A stretch of 64,000 nucleotides of DNA from Eledone cirrhosa (GCA_964016885.1 OZ024740.1:323516001-323580000), one strand, 5' to 3'; shown: positions 1 to 15,140, counted from the first letter of the stretch. Program-made: numbers and translations. Notes: generated by a model not told the origin, from the letters alone.

Positions 1-336
1 CAGCAGCATCAGCATCAGCATCTCTCACGTCCATCTCCCCCCCCCCTGCCACCTCCTCCACCCCATCATCATTATCATTATCGTCATTACCATCATCACC
101 ATCACCGTCATTCACCTCCTCCTTTCTCCCTCCTCCTCCTCCACCTCCTCCACCACCTCCTACACATCAACAACATCACATCAACAACAACATCACATAT
201 CATCACCATCACCACACCTCCTCCACCATCCTTCTCCACCTCCCCCACCTCATCACCAACACCATCACCAACACCACAACACACCTCCACACTTCCCCAT
301 CAACACATCTTCATCACCACAATCACCTCCACCTCT

Positions 337-1500
337 TCCCCATCATCATCATCTTCATCACCATCATTCACCTCCTCCTCATCCCCATCATCATCTTCAT
401 CACCATCCTTCACCTCCTCCTCTTCCCCATCATCATCTTCATCACCATCATTCACCTCCTCATCTTCCCCATCATCATCATCTTCATCACCATCCTTCAC
501 CTCCTCCTCTTCCCCATCATCATCATCTTCATCACCATCATTCACCTCCTCCTCTTCCCCATCATCATCATCTTCATCACCATCATTCACCTCCTCATCT
601 TCCCCATCATCATCATCTTCATCACCATCATTCACCTCCTCCTCTTCCCCATCATCATCATCTTCATCACCATCATTCACCTCCTCCTCTTCCCCATCAT
701 CACCATCACCATCACCATCATTCACCTCCTCATCTTCCCCATCATCATCATCTTCATCACCATCATTCACCTCCTCCTCTTCCCCATCATCATCATCTTC
801 ATCACCATCATTCACCTCCTCATCTTCCCCATCATCATCATCTTCATCACCATCATTCACCTCCTCCTCTTCCCCATCATCACCATCACCATCACCATCA
901 TTCACCTCCTCATCTTCCCCATCATCATCATCTTCATCACCATCATTCACCTCCTCCTCTTCCCCATCATCATCATCTTCATCACCATCATTCACCTCCT
1001 CCTCTTCCCCATCATCATCATCTTCATCACCATCATTCACCTCCTCATCTTCCCCATCATCATCATCTTCATCACCATCATTCACCTCCTCCTCTTCCCC
1101 ATCATCATCATCTTCATCACCATCATTCACCTCCTCCTCTTCCCCATCATCATCATCTTCATCACCATCATTCACCTCCTCCTCTTCCCCATCATCATCA
1201 TCTTCATCACCATCATTCACCTCCTCATCTTCCCCATCATCATCATCACCATCACCATCCTTCACCTCCTCCTCTTCCCCATCATCATCATCTTCATCAC
1301 CATCATTCACCTCCTCATCTTCCCCATCATCATCATCTTCATCACCATCATTCACCTCCTCCTCTTCCCCATCATCATCATCACCATCACCATCCTTCAC
1401 CTCCTCCTCTTCCCCATCATCATCATCTTCATCACCATCATTCACCTCCTCCTCTTCCCCATCATCATCATCTTCATCACCATCATTCACCTCCTCCTCA
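337..1500. repeat. 45-bp tandem minisatellite (~26 copies) within a CAT/CAC low-complexity tract (1-2040)
   Basis: Unit CCCCATCATCATCATCTTCATCACCATCATTCACCTCCTCCTCTT is repeated head-to-tail with few variants. Confidence 0.95.
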
Positions 1501-2493
1501 TCATTAGCGTCTTCGTCACTGACATCACCATTACTACCAGCGTCCCCATCATTGCCATCAAATCCATAACAACCACTATCACCATCACCACCACCACCAC
1601 CACCACCAACACCACCACCAACACCATCACCACCATCATCAAGTCATTATCATCATCATCAACATCATTATCACTCTCACCATCGTCATTAATATCATCA
1701 CCACCATCATCATCATCATCATCAACATCATTATCTCCCTCACCATCGTCATTAACATCAACATCACAATCATCATCATCATCATCATCATCGTCATCAT
1801 CCTCATCATCATCATCATCATCAACATCATTATCACTGCCACCATCGTCATTAACAGCACCATCATCATCCTCACCACCGCTATCATCATCACCATCACT
1901 GTCATCATCGTTAACATCATTATCACCACACCACACCATCATCATCATCATCATTATCACCACACCACACCATCATCATCATCATCATTATCACCACACC
2001 ACACCATCATCATCATCACCATCATCATCATCACCACCACCGTCACCATAACTAACATGTAGCAGGAATGACGATGTAACTGTGTTGTGTCTAATAGAAA
2101 TAACATAGAAGAAATCTGCCTCATGTGACACCTTTAACGTCTTAAATGAAAGGAGGACACATTAGCCAATGGAGTCCCTACACATAGTATAGTGAAGGCT
2201 AGGAACTACTTTATAGATTGGTCAGCATGACCAGTGATGGAAAGGAAAGGAATGGAAAGGAAAGAGCACTTAACTCCTGATGGAGATGTAGCATCACCGC
2301 CTTGACACTCGGCGTGTTGCAGGCATTTTAAACATGGTAGAGTCGATCCTTTTCCATGTTTCAAAACAACGGATATCTTCCAAAGATAGATAGATAGATA
2401 TAGATAAAGAGGGGGAGAGGGGGAGGGGGAGGGGAGAGTGAGGAGAGAGAGGGAGAGATAGATAGATAGATAAGGAGAGAGAGAGAGAGAGAG

Positions 2494-2538
<45 letters not shown>

Positions 2539-2684
2539 TAAAGTGAGAATTATCCCTAGTATTTGAATAACAATTTACTTTTCGGCCTCGAAAGGAAAAA
2601 TGGTGAAGTTGATTACAAAGTACAAATGGATTTGTTCAGTGTTGACGCGTACTTGAACAACACAGGTCACACGCACGTATATAC

Positions 2685-2726
<42 letters not shown>

Positions 2727-2729
<3 letters not shown>

Positions 2730-2950
2730 AAGGAGTAGGACCCCGACGGCTGAGCTCAAACCGTTTCGACGGCTAATTCTGGACTAAATAAAAATCTGAT
2801 TTTTTTTTTTTAGTCCAGGATTAGCCGTCGAAACGGCTTGAGCTCAGCCGTCGGGGTCCCACTCGTTCCTATTACCTACTCTACTACCCTAAGTATTGAG
2901 TACTTTGGTGCGTTATGGTCCACCTGGTTCCTTACCACATTTCCTTCGTT
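2727..2950. mobile_element. Family A fold-back mini-element (Naiad pLTR derivative, subfamily A1)
   Basis: Inverted arms GGACCCCGACGGCTGAGCTC..GTTTCGACGGCTAATT / AATTAGCCGTCGAAACGGC..GGGGTCC plus an ~80-bp tail; matches the pLTR of 43758-47434; (TA)n on both sides. Confidence 0.85.
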
Positions 2951-3090
2951 ATATATATATATATATATATATAAGTTAAAACAATGAAATAAAAAATCAA
3001 GTCATTAGAGATATACTTCACTGCTTTACGATCGTTTCTAGATGGTGATAATACATTGTATCTATACTCAGTTATTGATCTATGTAAGTT

Positions 3091-3171
<81 letters not shown>

Positions 3172-3909
3172 ATAAGATAGATAGATAGATACATAGAGAG
3201 AGAGGGGGTGTCGGGGGGGGGGGGGTATGAAAATATATAAACATATATAGTATACCACGTTTATATACAGTAAACATATGAGTAGCCTTACGGCCGAAGA
3301 ACAATATTTTTTAGAGACTAAAAAAATTTCAATATTTATTTTCCCCGGTGAGTTGTTAGAACGTTTTGAAAATGTCATACAGCACTGTTTCAAGATTTGT
3401 TAATCTTTCATCTGTGACACTCAAACCGTACTAACATAAAATAGACTATAAGCTACATAGAATTTTGGGTGAAGATCATTTGCTGGGGATGCTCATTTGC
3501 ATATGAAAAATCTTGATTGGAAATACACATTTGCTTATATTGCGAGCTTGGCTGTATTTAATTAACGGTAACACTGAAAAGCATTTAAATATAATAGAAG
3601 TGTATATGGAAACATATAGAAACATATATAATACGTTCACATGCAATATACATATGGCTAGCCTCACTGCCGAAGAAAAATATTTTTTAGAAACGAAAAA
3701 GATTTTATCTTTCTGGGTGAATATGTCACAGAGTTGCCAGTACGTTCTGAGAATGTCATATGGCGCAGTTTCAAGATTTAGAGTGACAACCACGCAAACC
3801 GTATTGGCAGGAAACAGACAATATTGTATATAAACAAATTATACATGTTTATATATGTTTTCATATACACCCATATTATATATACTTGAATGGTGTCTTA
3901 GTGCTATCG

Positions 3910-3963
<54 letters not shown>

Positions 3964-4018
3964 TATATATATATATATATATATATTCATATATATATAT
4001 ATATGTACACACACTCAC

Positions 4019-4070
<52 letters not shown>

Positions 4071-4072
<2 letters not shown>

Positions 4073-4265
4073 CGAAGGAAGTGTGGTAAGGAACCAGAAT
4101 GACCATAACGCACCAGAGTACTCAATATTTAGCGTAGTAGAGTGGGTAATAGGAAAATGTTTAACCCCGACGGCAGAGTTCAAGCCGTTTCGACGGCTAT
4201 TTCTGAGTCCAGAAATAGCCGTCGAAACGGCTTGAGCTCTGCCGTCGGGGTTAGACATTTTCCTA
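4071..4265. mobile_element. Family A fold-back mini-element (A2-like variant)
   Basis: Same inverted arms with the tail on the left; flanked by (TA)n. Confidence 0.85.
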
Positions 4266-4270
4266 TATAT

Positions 4271-4343
<73 letters not shown>

Positions 4344-4724
4344 ACATATCCATGTGTATATATTCTAATAAATAAATTATGCAATTTGGTTTAATTTATG
4401 ATTATTTTATCAGCTTGAATTCCTAAAAGGACAGTTCAGTATATTTTAAAATAAATTCGACCACATAGAGAGGAGAGAAAACGTGGAAAGTTTAAATTCA
4501 AATTATTTCTACTTATTTTAAAAAAAACTGGATTTTAAATTCCAATTTCATTCCAGTTGATTAAAGAAAATTTCATTTAAAATTGAAAATACCGTAATTT
4601 ATTATTATTTTTTAGAGGAAGAAGTAAAAATTCCATAAGTAATGTGAAATAGAGAAGGGTATTACCAGATAAAAACACACAAAGACTCATACATGGTTTT
4701 ATATATATATAGATATAGATATAT

Positions 4725-4789
<65 letters not shown>

Positions 4790-4998
4790 TGGGGGCTGTC
4801 TGTGTGGCTGTGTATGAGACAACAAGAAAAATACAAGAGAACAATATGATATTATAATGGTTTATTAGTTTAACGGTTTATATAATTTTATCGGAGAATA
4901 GGAACAGACAGATTAGAGATAAGCGAAAAGAAAACACGCACACTCATGTATATCATGTATAAATCTATATATCTATGTATGAATATACATATGTGTGT

Positions 4999-5036
<38 letters not shown>

Positions 5037-5041
<5 letters not shown>

Positions 5042-5452
5042 GGAGGTGAGTTTTATTGTAGTACAATAAAGCAATGCAGATATCGGATAAGAAGCACTCT
5101 ACAGTTTGTAGGACTGGAGTATACATAATATATAAGAACAAAAGATGGTTAAAAAAGTTCCATGTATTTTATTATGCGCATTTCAAAAACAAATATCATC
5201 ATGCAATAATATTTGTGTTTTCATCAGATAAAACAGGAAGACATGATATGAAGGTTAAAAAACACTTGTGGATAGTTCAGTTTTAAATCAACATCTGTTG
5301 ATTTAAAACTGCACTATCCACAAGTGTTTTTTAGCCTTCATATCATGTCCTCCTGTTTTATCTGATGAAAACACAAATATTATTGCATGATGATATTTGT
5401 TTTTGAAATGCGCATAATAAAATACATGGAACTTTTTTAACCATCTTTTGTT

Positions 5453-5455
<3 letters not shown>
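5037..5455. mobile_element. Family B fold-back element with two inverted hammerhead copies
   Basis: ~165-bp inverted arms centred on AAATCAACATCTGTTGATTT plus an ~85-bp tail; flanked by (TA)n; recurs at 18964, 26870 and 57889. Confidence 0.85.
5356..5422 (+). ncRNA. Type I hammerhead ribozyme, family B (mirror copy 5167-5233 on -)
   Basis: TTTTAT-CTGATGA-[AAACACAAATATTATTGCATGATGATATTTGTTTTT]-GAA-ATGCGCAT-A-ATAAAA: 6-bp stem I, intact core, palindromic stem III. Confidence 0.85.
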
Positions 5456-5529
<74 letters not shown>

Positions 5530-5565
5530 AAAAATTGAACGGGAACAAAACAGAGAGGCAGTACG

Positions 5566-5632
<67 letters not shown>

Positions 5633-5688
5633 GTTTATATAAATGTGTTCACACATATATATATATACATATATGTATATCTATAAGA

Positions 5689-5825
5689 TGCATGGCTTAG
5701 TGGTTGGTGTGTTGGGCTCGTGAGGTTGTGGGTTCGATTCCCAAATGGGGTGATGCGTTGAGTTCGCGAGGAAGACACTTTGCTCTAGTTTACTCGGCTG
5801 TAGAAATGAGTTGCGATGTCACTCT
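5689..5825 (+). mobile_element. tRNA-derived SINE, second family (related fragment 13832-13920)
   Basis: A-box-like TGGCTTAGTGG, B-box GGTTCGATTCCC, then AAGACACTTT core shared with 13832-13920. Confidence 0.6.
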
Positions 5826-5948
5826 AACAGTTATTGCCCAGTTATTGGTGTTGTAGAGAGGGAAGCCTTGTATACACGGGCAACTGCTGGTCTGCCATAA
5901 ACAATCTGGCGCTGACTTGTGCCTCGGAAGAGAACTTTCTTTGTACAA

Positions 5949-5987
<39 letters not shown>

Positions 5988-7504
5988 AAAATGGAACGGG
6001 GACAAAACAGAGAGGCAGTAATGAAAGGTTTCTTGAGAGCAGTACAAACAAAGGTTTCTTGAGAGTGGGGGGGGGGCGTTTCGGGCATAAGCCCTTCTTC
6101 AGGTGAAAAGTGGGTGGAAAGAGAGTTCCGAGGGTGTGTGGGGGAGTGGTGGAGAGACATTTAGAAAAAAAGGAGGGAACGGTGGAAGGGGTACAAATAA
6201 AAATAACAAAATTAAAAATAAAAATAAACATGAAGATAAATAAGTGGTGGAAGGGTGTGGGGCGTGTAGGGGTGGCGGCGGCTGGAGTGGGGGAGAGGGA
6301 GGCGGGGTGTCCTTACGGGGAGGGAGCTGAAGATGATGTATGTGTGTAGGTGTACGGGTGTGAATGTGAGATTTCGGGGAAGAACGAGGTTCCATGTTCA
6401 GGAAAAGGTGTGTGGAGAGTGGGGTGTAGGTCGGTGTGTGTGTGTGCGATATATGGGGAGGGGTCATAGGGGTGGGGAGAGGGGAAGAGGATTCCGGAGG
6501 CTGAGTGTGTATATATGTGGGGGTACGCACGTGTGTGTTGGTGTTTAAACGTTTTGTGGATGTAGGTGGCGTGGTTCGAAAAACATTTTTTTTAGTCTAT
6601 GTCGGTGGGTAAGTTCCTAAGGTAATGCCGTAGTGAGTGTGAAAAGTGCCGGATATTTTCCATGTTATGGAGTGGATAGTGAGAACGATGGCCAATGGTG
6701 TGTAATCCGTGGTTGTGGTAGTCGGAAGAAGGGAGATGTGGGGTGCGCGCGCAACAGGAAGTGGTCAGAGGGTCAAGACAGGAGAAGGCATAGCAGCAGT
6801 AGAGGAGAATGGCAGGTGGAGAAAATCAGTGTGTCAGTGTGTGCGAAGGTGCGGTGGACAGGGGAGAGGATGGGTAGGTGTGAAAGGTGGACTGGGGAGG
6901 AGGTCATGCGGGGGGATGGGGTGTGTATTAGTAGAGGTGTTAGTGGGATGTGCGTGTGTGTGTGAACGGGTGTGGGTGGACCGGGGAGAGGAAGAGAACA
7001 GGTGTGAGGGACGTTGGAGGGAGTGTAGTCTATTGGTGTGTGTGTGTGTGCGTGTTTGGATGAATGTGTGTGGTGGTGAAGGGGGCGTTAGTGTGTGTTA
7101 GTATACTGGTGGTGGGGAAAGGGTTGAATGCGGGTGTGTTAGTGGGGGTCAGTGGTGGTAGGGTGTGTAGTGTGGGTGGTGTAAGTGGGTGGGTGTGGAT
7201 GTGGGTGTTCGTGTGCGTGGGGTCGGGGGGGGTGTTAGTGGTATTAGTTGTGGGGTGGTTGGAATGGATGTGTGGGTGAGGGTGTGTGGATAGTGTGAGT
7301 GCGTGTATATATGTACAGGTGGGTGTGTGCGTGATAGGGGAGGGGTGTGGATGTTAGTATTGTTAGTTGGAGGTGGGTGGTCGGGGTGGGTGGGGGTGTT
7401 AGTATTGTTAGTTGTGGGGTGGGCCAAGGGGGTTGGCGGTGATAAGGAGGAGTGTGTTAATGGGGGATATGTGGGGGGGGGGGTAGGAACAGGGCGGTCG
7501 AAGG

Positions 7505-10306
7505 CTAAAGGAATAGGGGTGGGGAGTTCAGGCCGGGGGGAGTGTGGGTCTGTAGGGTGAAGATGGTGCGTTGTTCGACCCTGAGGCGGGTGGCGGGTGT
7601 TCCGTGGCATTGGAGTAGGCCACAGACTGTGAGGTGGTGCGCAGAATGTCCAAGGGAGCCAAAGTGGCGGGCGATGGGGGAACTCCCACCGAGACGAATA
7701 TCCCGGAGGTGTTCGGTGAAACGGTCCGCCAGGCGACGTCCAGTTTGTCCGACGTAGGTTGCGCTGCACGGAGTGCAGCGAACTCCATAGACTAGGTTGG
7801 AGGAGGTGCAGCGGAAGGCGTGCCGGACAGAGAGAGAGTGGCCGTTGGGACCCTGGAAGGTTGGTGGTGTTGGTGATGTGGGGGCAGGTGTTGCAACGAG
7901 GCCTGGAACAGGGAAGGAAACCGGTGGAGGAAAGAAGAGCGTGGGTTGGGGGTAGGGAGCTGCGGACGAGGAGGGTGCGGAGATTGCGTGCGCGTTTGAA
8001 GGAGGGGCGTGGTGGGGATGGGAAGATGTGGGAGGTGGAGGGGTTGGACTGGAGGCGTCGGAAAAGGCGGAGGATGGTGCGGTGGAGGGGTGCTAGGTGA
8101 TGGGAAGGGGAGATGTTGGGTGGGTGTACGGTGGCGTGGGGTGAGGGTGGTGGAGCGGTGGACAGCACGGACGCGAGTGAGGTCGGTGTGGACGAGGGAG
8201 GGGGGGGCTCTGCGGATGAAATGGCTGACTAGGGAAAGGGCCTGGGACACAAAGTCAGCATCTCCGCTACAGAGGCGGCGGATCCTGAGGAGTTGGGAGT
8301 AGGGAATAGAGTGTTTAGTGTGTGTAGGTGGGAAGAGGTGAAGTCGAGGTAGGAGTGGGAGGAGGTGGGTTTGAAGAAGTCGGAGGTGACGAGGGAGTGA
8401 TGGGAGGGGTCGATGGTGACGGAGATGTCTAAGAATTGGACGTGGGTGGTGAAGATAGAGGTGGTGAAGTGGAGGGAGGGGTGAAGGAGCAGAAGAAGGA
8501 GAGAAAGGAGTCGAACTGTTCTCGCGTGAGGGTCGTGGCTCCGATACAGTCGTCGATGTAATGACCGTACAGTTCGGGCGTGGTGCGGGTGTATTGCGCA
8601 AAGATTTGGGCCTCAACATGGCCAACGAAAAGGTTGGCATAGTTTGGGCCCATTCTTGTGCCCATGGCTACCCCCGTGACCTGTAGGTAAAACTCACCCG
8701 AGAAGCAGTTGAGGGTGAGGACCAGCTCGGCGAGGCGAAGGTGGAGGAGATGGGAGAGCGGCGAAAGTCGAGGTAGTGCTTGAGGGCACGTAGGCCGTCG
8801 GCGTAGAGGATGACAGTATAAAGCGACTTGATATATAGGGTGAAGAGGAGGGGCTGTGGGCCGGGTGGAAAAGTGAAGGAGTCGAATAGACGAAGGGCGT
8901 GGTTGGTGTCGGAGATATCGGAGGGGAGGGTGGTGACGAGGGGGGCGAGGATGGAGTCAAGAAAGGCGGAGATGAGTTCGATGGGGCAGTTGCAAGCGGA
9001 GACGATGGGGCGGCCGGGGTTGTCGGGTTTGTGGAGTTTGGGGAGGAAGTAGATAGTAGGGGTGGGGGGACGATGAGGTGGGAAGCGGTGGGAGGGAGGA
9101 GGGAGGAGGAGCCAAGGTGTTGGATGGTGGAGAAAACTTGTTGTTGGTAGATGGGTGTGGGGTCGGAGGGTAGAGGGCGGTAGAAGAGGGGGTTACAGAG
9201 CTATCTGAGGGCTTCAGCCGTGTAGAGGTCAGCGCGTCACACCACCACGGCGCCTCTCTTGACGCGGGTTTGATGACGATGTTATCTTGGCTACGGAGGG
9301 AGCGGAGAGCGAGGAGTTCGCCCCATGAGATGTTATGCCGTTTGAACCAGTGGCGGAAGTCGAAGCGATTTACTGCGCTACGGAAGGCGTCGACGAACGC
9401 CTCCAGGGTGCTAAATCGCCCTGGGGCCGGCGTCCAAGACGATGGTCGTCGGCCCAGGGCGAGAAACGGGTCTGGGGCGTTCGGAGCCGGTGGCGTTTGA
9501 TGAAAATGTGGCTGTAGCTTCGTGCGTCGCACGAATCGCTCGACTTCTGTTCGGGTGCGGAACTCGTCGTTGTACGGAGTGTGGAGTATGAAGCGAAGGC
9601 TTCTACTGGGGAGTGAGCGCTCAGATGCGGAGAGGGGGAGGTCGTGGTGTATGGTGACAACAAGTGGTGGGGTTTGGGTGTGTGAAGGAGAAGGGGAGGG
9701 TGTTGTGGGAGTGAGGTGGAGGGTGGAGATTGGGTAGGGGTGTGGGTTTGGGATGGGGTAGGTGTGGGGTGGAGAGTAGTGGGGAGGGGTGTGGGGAGTC
9801 ATAGGGATAGGCGGGGGAACGGGGGTGGTAGGGAGGAGTGAGTGTAGCTGAAGGGCTTTGGTGGAGGTGAGGAAGGAGAAGAGGTCGTGGTTGACGTTTT
9901 AGATGAAGAGGAGGATGGAGTGGGTGAGGAGGGGGTGGCATGCGGAATTAAAGCGGAGTAGGGTGAGGGGTCAGTTGGTAGTCAAGTTTGCGGATGGTGG
10001 AGCGGGATGAGCGGAGGGTGTTGCGCATTAGGAGACGCGAGCATCGGGTGAGGATACGTTGGGTGGAGGGGGAAGCGGAGGGGGAGGTGTGGAAGTGTTG
10101 TCGGAAGCCGAGGGGGATGAGGTGGAGGTGGAGGCAGCGGCTGAGGAAATGGATGTGGCTGGAGTGCCGGGTTTTGGCGAAGAGAAGGTAGGAGAGTTGG
10201 AGGGCCGAGGGGAGATAGCAGGGTGTGCGGAGGAGGGGGTGGGGGTGGTGAGGAAAAGTTAGAGGCGGGTGTGGGGTTGGTGGAGAAAGGATCTCAGGCT
10301 GGGCAT
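7505..10306 (-). pseudogene. Frameshifted PLE reverse transcriptase / GIY-YIG endonuclease ORF
   Basis: Fragments NIVIKPAS, MGTRMGPNYANLFVG, YIDDCIG, HSIPYSQLLRIRRLCS, PCSRPRCNTC and YVGQTGRRLADRFTEH lie in several frames. Confidence 0.9.
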
Positions 10307-10896
10307 GGTGGGCGTCGAGTGAAAGCAGGGGGAGGAATGAGAAGGGAGGTGTGTGATGCGGGGGGGGCGAAGGGGTGAGTGCGAAAGGTAAGCAGAGACG
10401 GGGGAGGGAAAATCAAACAGAAATAAAGTAAGGAGAGGAGAGTATACACAGGAAAATCATAGACAAAAAATCATAATCATAAATAAACACAGGCAATCAT
10501 GGACAAAAGGATAAAGATAGAAATAAACAAATACAGTAAATAAATAAATCCAAAAGTAATACAAAGAAAGGAAAAAACAGGTTGTGGGAAGGTGTTTGGG
10601 AAAGTTCAGAGAGTGGTCACGGCGGATTAGATCGGGGTTGAGCCGGTAGTCAAGGTGGTATTCCAAAGTGGTATATATATTCGGACACCCCGTCTCTCTC
10701 TCCCCACTCCACCCGCCACCACCCCTACACGCCCCACACCCTTCCACCAACTGTTTTACCCCATTTTAATTTTATTTTGATCATGCCTTTATTTTTAATT
10801 TCATTTGCACCGTTTCCTCTCACCCCCCTTTTTGCTATATGTCTCTCCACCACTCACCTACACACCCTTTGAACTCTCTTCCGACACACTTTTCAA

Positions 10897-10924
10897 CTGA
10901 AGAAGGGCTTATGCCCGAAACGTC
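10897..10924 (+). ncRNA. Minimal hammerhead motif in the Neptune pLTR
   Basis: CTGAAGA-AGGGCTTATGCCC-GAA-ACGT-C; stem I pairs poorly; the minus copy near 6077-6102 has lost the GTC. Confidence 0.6.
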
Positions 10925-11014
10925 ATTCCCCACGACCACCCCACTCTCAAGAGCGTGAAATTAATAAACATTTGTTGTACTGCCTCTCTGTTTTGTTCCC
11001 GTTCAATTTTTCAT

Positions 11015-11158
<144 letters not shown>

Positions 11159-11235
11159 TAAGAAAAGGTTCTACAGAAATCTTTAAAAATCTTCCCACTG
11201 AAGTTAACAAAGAACTTACTAGATCTACCAACACA

Positions 11236-12451
11236 TCTATATATATAAAACTGAGGTTGTCTGTCTGTCTATCGATTTTTGGCACACATCTCCTCTTAGA
11301 ATCTCTCACGGAATTGCACCGAAATTGCTATACTTGTACATTGAGCCCTAGCGAAGACATCGGAAAAAAAATATTTCAAATTGACCCGCCCTATCTGACG
11401 AAATCGAATATAATGTATCGATTTTTGAGCGTAAGTGATCAGTTATTTCCCTTTGTTCTGTTTACATTCAGCGTAGCGTCTTACGTTCTCTTTACATTTT
11501 CTGCGTGCAAAAATTAAAAAAATGATTTCCCTTTGTTCTGTTTACATTCAGCGTAGCGTCTTACGTTCTGTTTACATTTTCTGCGTTCAAAAATTAAAAA
11601 AATTACGCTGGCAAAAATTAAAAAAATTACGCTGGCTTTCTCAGCGTTTAAAATGACATTAACACAATACACGAACAGTTGTCGAGCCAGCAAAATTTTG
11701 ACCTGCAAAATTCATCAGTTCGAACACTAAGCTTCCGTTTTGCTTCATTTCCATTTAAAAGCCTTTTAAAACAATATTTTTACTTGAAAACAAGTCTATT
11801 TAAAGACTACGTAAAACAAGCAAATATTTCGTAAAAAAAAGCAAAAATTATATAAGTTTATTTAAAATATATGTATCTGTAAATTTCGTTAGGCGTGCAG
11901 ACAGACAGTCGTGCAGACAGATAGTCGTGCAGAGAGGTGATATAGGCGTGCAGACAGACAGTCGTGCAGAGAGGTGATAGAGGCGTGCAGACAGACAGTC
12001 GTGCAGAGAGGTGATATAGGCGTGCAGACAGACAGTCGTGCAGAGAGTTGATATAGGCGTGCAGACAGACAGTCGTGCAGAGAGGTGATATAGGCGTGCA
12101 GACAGACAGTCGTGCAGAGAGGTGATATACGCGTGCAGACAGACAAATTTCTGTTTATTTGGTTACGCTAATGTTTTTCTCTGCGTTGCAGTGTTTACAT
12201 TTTCGATCTTTGTTAATAAATAACCAGTGCAGTTTTTGTCCCCAGCATCCTCTTTTGTTATAACATTCGGGTTATCGTTATGTTTTCTTAACTTCATAAG
12301 GCATATTGTTGGTTGAGGGAATATTAATCAAAAACACCACATGCAAGTCTGCACAGTAGACACTACAGTTTTTAAGCCAAAAAAGAAACTTAACATTGTA
12401 ACTTTAACACAGCTACTGAGCGACCCGAGCAACGCCGGGCTTTACTGCTAG
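11236..12451 (+). mobile_element. Non-autonomous Helitron
   Basis: 5' TCTATATATATAAAA after an A; 3' hairpin CCCGAGCAACGCCGGG then CTAG followed by T; no TSD. Confidence 0.8.
11890..12145. repeat. 37-bp minisatellite inside the Helitron (~7 copies)
   Basis: Tandem AGGCGTGCAGACAGACAGTCGTGCAGAGAGGTGATAT. Confidence 0.9.
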
Positions 12452-12558
12452 TAATATTATAAAATTAAATTAGATTGTTTAGAACTACAAGTGAAGTCAT
12501 TCCTTTCCTTTTTTTAAATATACCTGACAGTACCAAGGATTTTACTTATTTTCCACTC

Positions 12559-12605
<47 letters not shown>

Positions 12606-12714
12606 TTCAAAATATTAACAAAAATATAACTTCTTGTGATCATGTAAAAAAATTCTCTGATTTATTCATTGAACCTTGTTTAACTTTTAAAAAAAATATA
12701 TATATATATATATA

Positions 12715-13181
12715 TGACGGCGATGAATTTGTTTTGCGGGGATTTTGATATGAAATCGTGTGTCGAAACAGATATTGTTATACTTGGGGAGGGTCATATT
12801 GTTGTAATAATATTGCCAGAAATAATAACAAAACACACTCACTGTTTGGTTGGTTTTCGCTTCTGTATCTTTTATATCTCCACAGTTAATTAATTTGGTC
12901 CTCAAAGCTTATCATTGACTGACCAACATAATAGCACCACTGACGATGTTGCAGATGTGCAACGAAAAAACTTTGTTTGACTATATATATGTGTTTATAT
13001 CTATATTATATCTGTATTTTTGACCGTTGGTCAGTCAATGATAAACATTGAGGACCAAATGATTAACTATGGAGATATAAAAGATACAGAAGCGAAAACC
13101 AACCAAACAGTGAATGTGTTCTGTTATTATTTCTGGCAATATTATTACAACAATATGACCCTCCCCAAGTATAACAATATG

Positions 13182-13239
<58 letters not shown>

Positions 13240-13550
13240 ATAGTAAACAGACTAAATAAAGATGGCGTAGGCATACAATACAACGGGAGGAAACATAAAA
13301 GCACCACTGACGATGTTGCAGATGTGCAACGAAAGAACTTTGTTAGACTATATATATATATATGTTTGTGTCTATATTGTATCTGTATTTTTGACCCTTG
13401 GTCAGTCAATGGTAACATTGAGGACCGAATATATTAAATTAACCGATATAAAAGACACAGAAGCGAAAACCAACCAAACAGTGAGTGTGTTCTGTTATTA
13501 ATTCTGGCAATATTATTACACAAATATGACCCTCCCCAAGTATAGCAATA
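12715..13550. mobile_element. Family C pLTR-like element: inverted arm with tail plus two direct copies (another copy 41905-42210)
   Basis: Repeated GAAGCGAAAACCAACCAAACAGTG..CCCCAAGTATA; HHR-like CTGACGA-TGTTGCAGATGTGCAAC-GAAAG with weak stem I. Confidence 0.65.
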
Positions 13551-13656
13551 TATATATATATATATATGTAGGAGGTGAGTTTTATTGTAGTACAATAAAG
13601 CAATGCAGATATCGGATAAGAAGCACTCTACAGTTTGTGGGACTGGAGTATGATCT

Positions 13657-13716
<60 letters not shown>

Positions 13717-14014
13717 AAATGTATATACATATATACATTTATATATATATATATATATATACACATATATATATATATATATACATTTATATATATATAT
13801 ATATATATACACATATATATATACATATATATGGACTCTCAATCGTGAGGTTGTGAGTTCGATTCCCGGACCGTGCGATGCGTTGTGTCCTTAGGCAAGA
13901 CACTTTACTTCACGTTGCTCCTTCTACCTGGACCGATAGAAAGTATTAGCAATTGGAAAGACCAATGGAAACATTGTTTCCTCGGTCCGATATGACGAAT
14001 GTCGATCGACTGTC

Positions 14015-14069
<55 letters not shown>

Positions 14070-14337
14070 TTATATACATGTTTACATATCTGACTACATA
14101 TGTAAGACTCTAGCTTTATAGAAGCTCTCTAAACCTGACTATTTCAGTTTGAAGACATTGGGAAGTTAGTCATCATTTATATCTCAATTCTCTCTTCAGG
14201 TCTTCCATATGTTATAGCAATAATAGCAATAAGCAACATGGGATTGTAATATTCCTTGAAATGAATGACACTTCTGCTAAACACATTAACGTGTAAGCCT
14301 AATCTATAATTACTCTATAGCTGGGTAAGCAAGTATT

Positions 14338-14914
<577 letters not shown>

Positions 14915-15102
14915 ACTGTTTCTACTTTTGGTACAAGGGCAGCAATTATCTCAGTGCATTACTGGTAAAATATACAATATGCTATATATATCTATTTGGA
15001 ACATGGGCCCCTAAGGTCAAGCACAAACCCTTTTAAGGAATGAAATATTAAGTTGAATAATGGTCTTACTAATTCAAGTTTGGATCATTCTCTCTTTCCC
15101 TT

Positions 15103-15139
<37 letters not shown>

Positions 15140-15140
<1 letters not shown>

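Noticed and set aside
300-1490. 396-aa acidic repeat ORF
   Set aside because: Translation of a 45-bp minisatellite in a wider CAT/CAC tract; no unique coding context or splice signals
13928-13990. GGACCGA..TCGGTCC with GGAAACATTGTTTCC hairpin
   Set aside because: No CTGANGA-type core; cannot be called a ribozyme
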